Shown here: in pieces, positions 50,550 through 62,810 of the stretch
How positions within the stretch are numbered: the first letter of the stretch is position 1
Layout: each line of letters starts with the position of its first letter
Assembly (NCBI RefSeq): GCF_964213995.1
Contig: NC_135825.1
Coordinates: 52,266,001-52,330,000, forward strand
Length of the DNA: 64,000 nucleotides
Direction: 5' to 3'
Source of the DNA: Mustelus asterias
Lineage: Eukaryota
Translations under genes and position numbers: made by a program
The notes under the pieces: generated by a model
What the model saw: the letters and a program-made list of their open reading frames with translations, nothing else
The model's database searches: none
What the model was told of the DNA's origin: nothing

Positions 50550-50860
50550 TCATAGAATCCCTACAGTGCAGAAGGAGGCCATTCGGCCCATGGAGCCTGC
50601 ACCTACCGCAATCCCACCCAGGCTCTATCCCCATAACCCAACTAATCCCCCTAAACTACACAACTTGGGACACTAAAGGGTAATTCAGCATGGCCAATCA
50701 ATCTAACCCGCATTGTGGGAGGAAACTGGAGCACCCGGAGGAAACCCACGCAGATACGGGGAGAATGTGCAGACTTCACACAGACAGTGACCCGAGGCCG
50801 GAATTGAACCCAGGTCCCTGGCGCTGTGAGACAGCAGTGCTAACCACTGTGCCACCATTC
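50550..50860 (-). mobile_element. HE1-like SINE
   Basis: Head, core and CR1-type tail. Confidence 0.9.
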
Positions 50861-51837
50861 TGAGATGGGCACGTCTGCTGCACTACTGATGTGGACACCC
50901 ACCCCGATTATGTGGATGAGCTTCAGAAACCTGAACTCATGAAAAATTCTGCTGTTATATCCTAACCCATGCCAAATCCCGTTCACCCATCACTCCTGTG
51001 CTTGGTGACCTACATTAACTCCTCTTGAAGCAACATCTCAATTTTACAATGCTCATTTCTAAATGCTCATCCTTGTTTTGAAATCCATCCTTGATCTTTC
51101 CCATCCCTATATCTGTAATCTCCTCCAACAACCCTCCCTACAAGGGATTGCAGCCTTTTGTACTTCCCCAATTTTAATCTTTCTACCATTGCTGGCCACA
51201 TCGCTTCGCATGCCGAAGCCCTGAGTTCTGGAATTCCCTCCCCAGACTTTTCAAGCTCTCTATGTCTCTCTCCCACTTTAAGATGCTCCTTAAGACCTAC
51301 CTCTTTAACCAAGCTTTTGGTCATCTGACTTAATGTCCCCTCATGAGACCTGGTGTAAAGTTTTGTCTGATAAAGGTCCCATGAAGCGCCTGGGAACATT
51401 TTGCTATGTTGAGATAGGTTATTGTTGTTGTCTCTGCGGTTTTGGCCTTGGTCAGTAATGTCCAGATGGGCAGAGATGTCACCCTTCCAAACTTCCAGCC
51501 ATGAAACCAAATTTACAGGTCTTGATTTATGAATTCCTTATTTCTCTTTTTGCCCCTCAATGATCTTCTCTCTATACCTTCTCCTCCTTACTGGGATTTT
51601 GTCCTGTGGGCTCTGGCTGCCCTCTGAATTGGGATCAGGTCATGCTAACCATACAGGTCTGCCTTCCTTGGAAATGCAGGGGCAGTCAGGTTGAGTATAC
51701 CCTCAGCTGGCTGAGACCAATTAACTCGACATGGACAAGGGATGCATTTGGATCCTCTTGCTCTGTGTATGCCACAGGGGGTAAACTTGCATTGCTGTTG
51801 GATGTTAGGCCTATCTTAAAGGAATGTAAGATGCTCA

Positions 51838-52142
51838 CACTGCTGTCTCACAGCGCCAGGGACCTGGGTTCAATTCCGGCCTTGGGCGTCTGTGTGGAGT
51901 TTGCTTGTTCTCCCCATGTTGCGTGGGTTTCCTGCGGGTGCTCCGGTTTCATCCCACACTCCAAAGATGTGCAGGTTAGGATGATTGGCTATGTTAAACT
52001 ATCCCTTAGGTGGATTAGCCACCTAAATAAATATGGAGGATTGCTGGGATGGAGGTGGTGGGCGAGCCTAGGTAATATGCTGTTTCGGAGAGTCGGCGCA
52101 AACTCGATGGGCCGAATGGCCTCCTTCTGTAGGATTCTATGG
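51838..52142 (+). mobile_element. HE1-like SINE
   Basis: Core and CR1-type tail. Confidence 0.85.
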
Positions 52143-52684
52143 ATTTTATCGACAACTATGTGGGGCAGCAGTGACAGTACCTCGGCATCTGCAGGATGCC
52201 AGGAAGGTGGAGCAATGGCTGCCAATAGGGCAAGTTCTGTGCCATCCCCTTTGCCAACTTAGAACTAAACTCTTCCATAATCCTTGACAGTGGCTGGAGA
52301 CTCTGTGGCAGAAGAGCCAATGCACCCCGCAACACAGTGTACATCCCCAATCAGTGCCCTCCTGTATTGGTCGGGAAGTCGGGTGGGTGGGATTCATTAT
52401 GGCATCATCAGCAGCTTGTGAATGGACTTCATGGTCCATGTTTGGAAATTGGGCATCACATCAACCAATAGGGCTGTGTGACCTCATGATGGAACAGTTC
52501 AGTTGCTTGCGGTGTTCACGGAGGACCCCTGACTAAACACCCTTCTCAACATGGTTAACACCCTTCTCAACATGGTCAACATGTCGTGGGCCAAACTGGA
52601 CGTGGTGTGGATTGTGCCAGGCAGACTCCAGAAGTGCTATCTCCAGTGGGGCTGCAGATTCCAAATCATGCCCTACAACTACAA

Positions 52685-53005
52685 GGGCGGCAGGGTGGCA
52701 CAGTGGTTAGCACTACTGCCTCACAGTGCCAAGGACCCGGGTTCGATTCCAGCCTCGGGTGACTTACTGTGTGGAGTTCGCACATTTCTCCCCGTGTCTG
52801 CGTGGGTTTCCTCCGGGTGCTCCGGTTTCCTCCCCGCAGTCCAAAGATGTGCGGGATAGGTTGATTGGCCGTGCTAAATTGCTCCTTCGTGTCAGGTGGA
52901 TTAGCAGAGTAAATGCATGGGGTTATGGAGCTAGGGCCTGGGTGGGATTGTGGTCGGTGCAGGTTCAATGGGCCCAATGTTCTCCTTCTGCACTGTAGGG
53001 ACTCT
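52685..53005 (+). mobile_element. HE1-like SINE
   Basis: Complete copy. Confidence 0.9.
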
Positions 53006-53574
53006 AAGACCTGGTAACTTTGGAATGTGTGTTAGAGCAAACTGATAACATTTAACTCTTTTTGGCCAATATAAGCAACTTCCCATTTCAAACGTGGAGG
53101 TTTTCAAGTGGAGGGCTGATTGAAATTTACTTTGAGTTCCTTTATCCAGCACTAAACTTTCTCAAAGGATTCCTATCCCTCAGAATTTTACACTGGATAC
53201 AGTTGCTATATAATTTCTATTCATGGCATTTACAGGAGAAGACAGACTCAATGGGTGTGTTGCCATAGCTGTTTGTACCAATAGTGTAACATTACATATT
53301 CCCGGATCAAGGGACTTTTGTTAGTAACAATCAAACAAGGTGTGGAGATGGCTGGGGGGCTGTACAATCTAGTTTCTCTACAAGTGACTTTGAACTGATT
53401 TGTTATTCTTGTGATTTCTAGAACAGCTAGTGATTTATTTTTAACATTAATTCATGGGATGTGAGCTTCACTGGAAATGCCACCATTTATTATCCATCCC
53501 TAATTGTCCGAGAGAAAGAGGTGGTGAATTGCCTTCTTGAACAGTTGCACTCCATATTGTCTAGGTGTGCCCAT

Positions 53575-53778
53575 TGTTATGTATGTTGGGCGGGGTAGCC
53601 CCTTTAAGGGAACGGTCATGTGACTCAGGATGTGGGATGAGCTGGCCGGGAACCGACCTGAGGGGGCAGTTGTAGTTTGGAGTGTGGAGTGAGTAAGACT
53701 TCAGTAAATACCTTGTTCCCTGACACTTGTCTGTGGGATAGTTCTTGAGGACACCCCTTGGTACTAAGAGATTTAACA
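53575..53778 (+). mobile_element. Solo LTR (204 bp)
   Basis: TGTTA...TAACA termini with a perfect 5-bp TSD CCCAT (53570-53574, 53779-53783); inserted in an old LINE 3' end. Confidence 0.85.
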
Positions 53779-54036
53779 CCCATGATGCTTTTTAGGATGG
53801 AGTTCCAGGATTTTGACCCAGCAATAGTGAAGGAGCAGCGATACAGTTCCAAGTCAGGATGGTCAGTACTTGGAGGGCAAATTGCAGGTGGTGGTATTCC
53901 CACACACCTGCTGCCCTTGGCCTTCTAGATGGTAGAGGTTGCAGGTTGGAGGGAGCGGGTGTTTAAGGTTGTGGATGAGGCGCCAATCAAATGGGCTGCT
54001 TTATCCTGGATGGTATTGAACTGTTGGAGCTGCACT

Positions 54037-54192
54037 TCGTAAAAAGTCTCACAACACCAGGTTAAAGTCCAGCAGCACTCTGAAAGCTACCATTTTGGTA
54101 TTTGCTACCAAATAAACCTGTTGGACTTTAACCTGGTGTTGTGAGACTTCTTACTGTGTTCACCCCAGTCCAACGCCAGCATCTCCACATCA
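54037..54192 (+). mobile_element. Short Penelope-like insertion with an inverted pLTR (32-bp hairpin arms)
   Basis: 10-bp TSD GAGCTGCACT (54027-54036, 54193-54202); arms at 54044-54075 and 54118-54149. Confidence 0.85.
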
Positions 54193-55647
54193 GAGCTGCA
54201 CTAATCCAGGCAAGTGGAGAGTAATCCATCACACTCCTCACTTGTGCTGTGGTGGACAATTGGGGAATCAGGGAGTGAGTTATTTGTCCAGAATTCCCAG
54301 TTTCTGATAAGTTCTTAGAGCCAGAAGGTTGGTCCAGTTCAGTTTCTGCTCAATGAAAACCCCCCAGGATGCTGATGGTGGGGAAATTAAACTTTATCAA
54401 TACCACTGAATGTCAAAGGAGATGGGTATGGAATCTCTTGGCAGAGGTAATCATTGCCTGGTACTTAATCCCAATTTCCCTTCTGTTGCAGCCTGTGCGT
54501 TCCTCTGTGAGGATGCTGAGGAGTTGGTTTAAGTCTCGGCCTCTGAAAAGGAAGTTCAGACTCTCTGGTGCATTCCTGGCCTAAGGTGGAGGCTTATCGC
54601 TGTAACTTTAGTCAGGGGAAGTATGTTACCAAAGCAGGAAGAGTTTAAAAGATGTATGTTAACAAAAGTAAGTTTTAAAAGTGGGGTCTCAGTACCAACA
54701 TCTTTATACTGGGGCTGTGTATAGTTGGGGGAGCATTAGTGGCCTAATCCAGCCTTTTTATATCAGACCAAGGGATCCTACTACTCTGCCCTGCTGGATT
54801 TTACATGCTTCTCCCCTTTGTCCCCGACCATGTGGTTAGGAAAGACTGCACCCATGGGCCAAACTATTACCCCGGAGTGATTTCCTTTCCAAACACAGAA
54901 CCAACCAGCCACCACCCTCGTAATCTTTCATTTGGATTCCTGCCTCCACTTCGAGCATCCTCCTGGGCCCCGCCAACTTCAAACTGCGCACGAATCTCCC
55001 TGTGGGACTGTTGAGGCTCCAGAGGTGGCAGCCCTCTGGTTGGGCCTACAGCATTGGGAGCTGGCACACCACCCTTCGAGCAAGAATACGGCCATTTTGG
55101 AGCCCACCTCTGGATGATTGCTGAGCAGAGCTCACTGCCACCAAGCATGGACTTGGCACCCTCACTTGGAGCCAACAACAAGGCCCCAAAGCCTGCCGCA
55201 AAATCTAGCCTGTTAACTCTAATGCTTTCACCAAAATTGCACTGGCTTTGCTGATTATTTCCTGCATTTTCAGTTATTTCAGAATTACAGCACCTTTTAT
55301 ATTTCTCTCCCCTTCTTCACCCAGTTTTTTTTTATTCATTCGTGGGACATGGCTGTCGCTGGCTAGGCCAGCCCCTTGAGAAGGTGGTGGTGAGCTGCCT
55401 TCTTGAATCGCTGCAGCCCCCGTGCTGTGGGTTGGCCCACAATGCCGTTAGGGAGGGAATTCCAGGATTTTGACCCAGCGACTGTGAAGGAACGGCGATA
55501 TATTTCCAAGCCAGGAGGGGGAGTGAATTGGAGGGGAACTTGCAGGTGGTGGTGTTCCCATGTATTGGCTGCCCTTGTCCTTCTAGATGGAAGTGATAGT
55601 GGGGTAGGAAGGTGCTGTGTAAGGACTTTTGGTGAATTGTTTATTAG

Positions 55648-55950
55648 GGGTGGCATGGTGGCACAGTGATTAGCACTGCTGCCTCAACAGCACCAGGTTT
55701 CAATTCCTGGCTTGGGTCATTATCTGTGTGGAGTTTGCACATTCTCCCCATGTCTGCATGGGTTTCCTCCGGATGCTCCGGTTTCCTCCCACAGTCCAAA
55801 AGACGTGCTGGTTAGATGGATTGGCCACGCTAAATTCTCCCTCAGTGTACCCGAACAGGCAGCGGAGTGTGACGACTAGGGGATTTTCACAGTAACTTCA
55901 TTGCAGTGTTAATCTATGCCTACTTGTAACACTAATAAAATAATTTTTTT
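55648..55950 (+). mobile_element. HE1-like SINE with alternative tail
   Basis: Head, core and alternative tail. Confidence 0.85.
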
Positions 55951-56496
55951 AAAAAATCCGTCTAAGTTGTACAAGAATTGTGAAATACAATTCATTAGTG
56001 TAGATATCCAATGATTCAATAGCAACAATTTGGCTTAGTTCCAACACAGTTCAAACTATTGACAGACTCAGATGGAAGAATGCTGTTTGTACCCAAAATT
56101 CCCATGGCCACCTCACTGAGATGACCTTTCCAGTATGAATAGCTTGCCCAGCACTGCCACACATCAGAATGCATGCTGGGATTGAACATGAACTTTTACA
56201 AGCATGTTGCAGTCTCGAGCTATAGACAGAGATGGTAGAGCCTCCAATATGCTTTCCATCATTTCACTGACCAGGAATCCCTTCTGCTCTTCTGTATTGC
56301 CACCCCTCTCCTGCATTTTGAATGTGTGCAAATAAACTAACCCTTTGAGTTCATCCTACCTCGAATTTGCTGTGGGGTTATTAATGGAAATTGGATCCCA
56401 CCAAAAGCGCGAGGCTGGGAAACATGTTGTCGTTTATAAAAGGGGAAGCAAATCAAAACAGCTGTCAGTTTATAGAGGGGTGGTGAGAGGAGGTGG

Positions 56497-56815
56497 CAGG
56501 GCAGCACGGTGGCACAGTGGGTTAGCACTGCTGCCTCACAGTGCCAGGGTCCTGGACTCGATTCCCGGCTTGGGTCACTGTCTGTGTGGAGTCTGCATGT
56601 TCTCCCTGTGTCTGCATGGGTTTCCTCCAGGTGCTCCGGTTTCCTCCCATGCAGACACAGGGAGGAAAGGTGTGCTGGTTGGGTACATTGGCCATGCTAA
56701 ATTCTCCCTCAGTGTACCCGAACAGGCGCTGGAGTGTGGCGACTCGGGGATTTTCACAGTAACTTCATTGCAGTGTTAATGTAAGCCGACTTGTGACGAA
56801 TAAATAAACTTTTTA
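56497..56815 (+). mobile_element. HE1-like SINE with alternative tail
   Basis: Head, core and alternative tail. Confidence 0.85.
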
Positions 56816-57270
56816 CTTTGAGAAATGAGTGCTGTCTAAAGCAAGAATTCTACCAAAAGCAAAGCCAAAAACATAATTACATGATAGAAGTTAACACCCA
56901 AATCTGTCAGCTTCACATGACACTGCAACATTGAGGGATTACTGTTAACCACAGAGAAATGTGACAACCTGGTTTAATGACTCAATGCTAATGCTCCATA
57001 AATAAATTCCATTTGACAGTAAAAGATCGATCAACTCCTGTCTTTGTGTTGGAAGTGAATGTTTGGCAATCTAATACAGGACCACTGCCAGCTACCTATG
57101 CTAATAAATTCACTAGAATTTCATATGTGGTTATATTGCAATAGAAAAACATGTGCTGAGATCTCATCCTCAGTTCAGCATGACCCAGATAAACAACATA
57201 CACATCGGATCAGAAAACCGTTCAGTGACTCTGTGCTCAATCAGATTTTTTCTTAAATGAGTCTGGGTGA

Positions 57271-58085
57271 TGTTTGATTTGATTTGATTTATTGTCACAT
57301 GTATTAACATACAGTGAAAAGTATTGTTTCTTGCGCGCTATACAGACAAAACATACCGTTCATAGAGAAGGAAAGGAGAGAGTGCAGAATGTAGTGTTAC
57401 AGTCATAGCTAGGGTGTAGAGAAAAATCAACTTAATGCAAGGTAGGTCCATTGAAAAGTCTGACAGCAGCAGGGAAGAAGCTGTTCCTGAGTCGGTTGGT
57501 ACGTGACCTCAGACTTTTGTATCTTTTTCCCGATGGAAGAAGGTGGAAGAGAGAATGTCTGGAGTGCGTGGGGTCCTTAATTATGCTGGCTGCTTTGCCG
57601 AGGCAGCGGGAAGTGTAGACAGAGTCAATGGATGGGAGGCTGGTTTGGGCGATGGATTGGGCTATATTCACGACCTTTTGTAGTTCCTTGTGGTCTTGAG
57701 CAGAGCAGGAGTCATACCAAGCTGTGATACAACCAGAAAGAATGCTTTCTACGGTGCATCTGTCAAAGTTGGTGAGAGTCGTAGCTGACATGCCAAATTT
57801 CCTTAGTCTTCTGAGAAAGTAGAGGCATTGGTGGGCTTTCTTACCTATAGTGTCGGCATGGGGGAACAGGTTGTTGGTGATCTGGACACCTAAAAACTTG
57901 AAGCTCTCGACCCTTTCTACTTCATCCCCGATGATGTAGACAGGGGCATGTTCTCCATTATGCTTCCTGAAGTCGATGACAATCCCCTTCGTTTTGTTGA
58001 CATTGAGGGAGAGATTATTGTTGCCGCACCAGTTCACCAGATTCTCTATCTCATTCCTGTACTCTGTCTCGTCATTGTTTGAGAT
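57271..58085 (-). mobile_element. Rex1/Babar-like LINE 3' fragment
   Basis: ORF 57432-58037 has WCGNNNLSLNVNKTK..IDFRK..FKFLGV..YFLRRLRKF; (ATCAA)n tail. Confidence 0.9.
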
Positions 58086-59599
58086 GTTGATATTGTGAAG
58101 TGGGTGCTTTTAACTTTGATTTTAAACATAGCACTTGATTACAGAAAGACTGTAGTCATACTCTGTATCTGCCAAACACTTGTTCGTCAGTACTACTTCT
58201 AAACAGGTTACAGCATAGGTATGATTCCAACCTCTCTCTCAAGTCTAACATAGGATGTCAGTGGTACATCATCATCTACCTCATACATTAGCATGCCTCA
58301 TCTGTTAACCCTTTATATTACACCACCTCAAACGAGCCTATCCTACTTTTAAACCACAACACCACAAAACTATTGCCGAAATCTTGCTGCCGTTTCCGCT
58401 GGTGGGATCTCACAGTCCCGCTGACGGCGCACCCCTGGTTAATGAAAGACTAATCCCAAATACTGAAGAAAATAGACCTTTGGATCCTGTGGGACAAAGA
58501 GAAATCAGAACCCTTTGAGGAACGTGTTGCTCCCTCAAGGGTTCTATGAAGAAGCTTCTTAAGAGGAATGATCTTCAACTTCAGGGAAGACTATCATAGC
58601 TGTATCAATGATGGCCATATCAATGACTGACAAAGCATTGAAGATTTGAGATTGCAATGAACTTAGGCAATGAAGGAAAAAGCAACTGACTTGCTCGAAG
58701 ACTGTCAAGAAAAGAAAGAGATAATTTCCCAATTACATTACGTTTCCTCCCACACGCCACAGATGTGGTTGATTGGCCCATGCTAAATTGCCTCTTAGTG
58801 TCAGGGGAATTAGCAGGGTGAATATGTGGGGCTACTGGGATAGGGCCTGGGTGGGATTGTTGTCGTTGAAGGCTTGATGGGTCAAATAGTTTCCTTTCGC
58901 ACTGTAGGCATTCTATAATTCTATGATTGGAGGTAGGCTGGGGGGAGGTAGAGAAATTGGGGAATGAGGTGGGCATGGAACCCAGAATTTCCTGGGTTAA
59001 AAATAAAAGGTTATTGTTACCTGTGCGTGCGTGAAGATGAAGCAAATGGAGACTGAGGGTTCATGTGTCATGTTTGGTCCATGATGTGAAACTATGAGCA
59101 CAACTCAAAGAGTGCAATATTTATTAATTAAATTAATTAAATTTATTAAGACGTCAAGTAATCAGATATCATTTGATTCAAACTTTGGAAAATATGTCTA
59201 ACCATAGTTAGTAATCTTAGAAAGAAATAGAATAAAGTTTGGGAATTTCTTCAAAGTTATTCCTTTTCCACTGTCTAAAGTTCAAAAACCAAAACCCTAT
59301 TTACAAGCCTAAGCTCGGTTTCCAATGCACTTTTGGCAAAGTTATAGTACAGGGAAGGGCGGGGGGAGGGGGGGGGGGCAGTAGGAGCAGATCCCAGGAA
59401 AATGAGAACAGGAAGTAGAAAACTTGCATGCCTGAGAAACAGATATTTATTGGCAAAGATGTACAAGGAAAATATATTCGTGTGGTTACTGATTATTCGC
59501 TAAATGTTTCCAGTCATTGTGAAGCTGTTGCCAAGTAATCTAATTTACGACAAGTGATTGTGTTCTGTGGCACTGCCACCGTGCTAATTAATAGATATC

Positions 59600-60440
59600 A
59601 GTTAGATCTAACAACTCAAAACTGGACATCCATGAGGAGCTGTGGGCAATCAGCAGCCGCAGAATTGTATACAGTCACAATCTGTAACTTATGACCCAGC
59701 ATATCCCCCACTCAACCGTTACCACCAAGCCAGGGAATCAACCCTGGTTCAATGGAGAGTGCAGGAGGGCATGCCAGGAGCAGCACCAGGCATACCTAAA
59801 AATGAGGTGTCAACCTGACGAAGCTACAGGACAACTTGCAAAATAGTGAAAGCAACAAGTGATAGACAGAGCTACGGAATCCCACCACCAACAGATCAGA
59901 TCTAAGCTCTGCAGTCCTTCGAACTCCAGTTGTGAATGGTGGTGGATAATTAAACAACTCATTGGAGGCTCCACAAATATCCGCATTCTCAACGATGGAG
60001 GAGCCCAGCCCATCAGTGCAAAAGATAAGGTGGAAGCATTCGCAGTAATCTTCGGCCAGAAGTGCCAAGAAGTGATCCAGCTCAGCCTCACCTGGAGGTG
60101 TCAGCATCGCAGTTGCAAATCTTCGGCCAATTATATTCACTCCAAGTGATATCAGGTAATGGTTAAATGCACCAGACACTGCAAAGGCCATGGGCCCTGA
60201 CAATATTCCAGCAATAGTACTGGAGATTTGTGCTCCAGAACTTGCTGCGTCCCCCCAGCCAAGTTGTCCCAGTGCAGCTACATCACTTGTATCTACCTGG
60301 CAATATGGAAAATTGCCCTATTTGTACGCAAAAAGGACAAATCCAACCCTGCCAGTTACCACCTCTTCAGTCTACTCCCGATCATCGTTAAAGTGATGGA
60401 AGGGGTCATCAACAGTGCTATCAAGCAGCACTTACACAGC
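59600..60440 (+). mobile_element. Old CR1/L2-group LINE ORF2, upstream part
   Basis: KAMGPDNIPAIVLEICAPEL and KSNPASYH.FSLLPIIVKVMEGVIN. Confidence 0.8.
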
Positions 60441-60450
60441 GTCACACGTT

Positions 60451-61228
60451 CATAGAACATAGAACATTACAGCGCAGTACAGGCCCTTCAGCCCTCGATG
60501 TTGCGCCGACCAGTGAAACCAATCTAAAGCCCATCTAACCTACACTATTCCAATATCATCCATATGTTTATCCAATGACCATTTAAATGCCCTTAATGTT
60601 GGCGAGTCCACTACTGCTGCAGGCAGGGCATTCCACGCCCTTACCACTCTCTGAGTGAAGAACCTACCTCTGACATCTGTCCTATATCTATCACCCCTCA
60701 ATTTAATGCTATGTCCCCTCGTGCTAGCCATCACCATCCGAGGAAAAAGGCTCTCACTATCCACCCTATCTAATCCTCTGATCATCTTGTATGCCTCTAT
60801 TCAGTCGCCTCTGAACCTTCTTCTCTCTAACGAAAACAACCTCAAGTCCCTCAGCCTTTCCTCATAAGACCTTCCCACCATACCAGACAACATCCTAGTA
60901 AATCTCCTCTGCACCCTTTCCAATGCATCCACATCCTTCCTATAATGCGGTGACCAGAACTGTACGCAATACTCCAAGTGCGGCCGCACCAGAGTTTTGT
61001 ACAGCTGGAACATGACCTCCTGGCTCCGAAACTCAATCCCTCTACCAATAAAAGCTAACACTCCGTACGTCTTCTTAACAACCCTATCAACCTGGATGCC
61101 AACTTTCAGGGATCTATGCACATGGACACCGAGATCTCTCTGTTCATCCACACTACCAAGTATCTTACCATTAGCCCAGTACTCTGTAATCCTGTTACTC
61201 CTTCCGAAGTGAATCACCTCACACTTTT
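60451..61228 (-). mobile_element. 5'-truncated CR1 LINE
   Basis: ORFs 60801-61217 and 60540-60785; (ATGTTCT) tail at 60451. Confidence 0.92.
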
Positions 61229-62473
61229 AATCTGAAGCTGTTATCAACAGGGTTAATTAAATTCAGGGATGCACCTCCAGGGCATATAAGTACAAACCAA
61301 AACAAGTTTTTTTTAAAACCCAGTGTTATTCACTGATAACATTGTGACTTCCCTCAGATTTTCTGTCCGTCTGCTGTCCAGGATTACCAACCCTCCAGGA
61401 TTGGCCTGGACTCTCCAGGGATTGAAGATCAATCTGCCAGATGCAATCTTAAAGAAAAATCATTGGGTTATTAAAAAATATAGCTGTTTTTCTTTATTTA
61501 CTGTCATAGAATCCTTACAGTGCAGGAGGCCATTCAACCCATCGAGTCTGCACCGACCCTCTGAAAGAGCATTCTGTTGCCGTAACCCCAGGTATTTATC
61601 CCGCTAATCACACTAACCCACACATCTTGGGACACTAAGAGACAATTTAGCATCTATCCACCTAACCTACACGTGGCTATGAACATTTCTCTTTACCAGG
61701 TATAAAGGGGGGGGGGGGCGGAGGCTGATTGGCTGACAGTCAAGCATCATTCAATTGGGTAATTTGCTTTCCAATTGGCGTCGGAAGGCTGTGCGTCACA
61801 AAGATGGCCGTGTTGGTCAATGAATGACCGCAGCACGGGTGTAAAGCATGTGGTGAAACCTTCAGCAATACATTTAATCATAGTTAGCAACCCTACACTG
61901 CGTCACCTCACTGGATACACTGGTAACAACTGCTCCCGTGACTTCCAACTGAGCTTCAGGAGCAGGACTCCCTGGCTCAGGTAATCAGTAGCTGCATTGT
62001 ACCCCTTGTGTAGGACAGAAACCCAACCTCACTGTGGAGGTTGCTGCAATGGGATCCCCAAGAAATGTCTTCGATACTCAATCTCCACTATTTAAATCTG
62101 GCCTAGGCCGAATGGTACAGCTAACGTAGCCTGGATTCTATGGTCCACAGAACTCCCTACTGTGCAGAAGGAGGCTCTTCAGCCCATCGAGACTGCACCG
62201 ACTCTTCAAAAGAGCAACCCACCCAGGTCCTTCCCTTTGCCCTATCTCCCACAACCCCACACATTCCCCATAGCCAATCCACCCAATTTACACATCCTGG
62301 GACATGAAGGAGCAATTTAGCATGGCCAATTGACCCAACCTGCACATCTCTGGAGTGTGGGAGGAAACCAGAGCACCCAGAGGAAACCCACGCAGACACG
62401 GGGAGAACGTGCAGACTCCATGCAGACAGTGACCCGAGCCGGGAACCGAACCCGGGTCCCTGGCGCTGTGAGG

Positions 62474-62810
62474 TGTTGGATTTATGTCACATTATCAGTA
62501 ACCCCCACAGCTTGCCTCCTGGGCTTGCAGAATCTCACGAGCTGTTCTGTCTGGAGACAATACACATCTCTTTAACCTGTGTTTAATGTTCCCTCTACCC
62601 ACATTGTCTGTACCTTTAAGACCTGGCTGGTTGTAGGAATTCGCACTCTAATCAGTATTCTGTAACTTGATTTTGTGTCTCTGTGCACTGTTTGAGAGCA
62701 CATTTCCACTCCATCTGACGAAGAAGCAGCGCTCCGAAAGCTAATGGTATTTGCTACCAAATAAACCTGTTGGACTTTAACCTGGTGTTGTGAGACTTCT
62801 TGCTGTGAGT
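62474..62810 (+). mobile_element. Penelope-like non-coding insertion, same family as 19467-19863
   Basis: Absent from the partner copy; flanked by a GCTGTGAG duplication (62465-62472, 62802-62809). Confidence 0.85.
62711..62747 (+). ncRNA. Minimal type I hammerhead ribozyme motif
   Basis: CCAT-CTGACGA-A-GAAGC-AGC-GCTCC-GAAA-GCT-A-ATGG, with one mismatch in stem II. Confidence 0.7.

Noticed and set aside
52537-52582. Short tandem duplication of AACACCCTTCTCAACATGGT
   Set aside because: An ordinary slippage duplication with no further significance evident.
54601-54805. Possible solo LTR (TGTAA...TTACA)
   Set aside because: No convincing TSD or second copy.
2985-56779. Recurring ORFs with AWVSSGCSGFLP / FPPGAPVSSHSPK
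   Set aside because: These are translations of the HE1-like SINE core, not a gene family.
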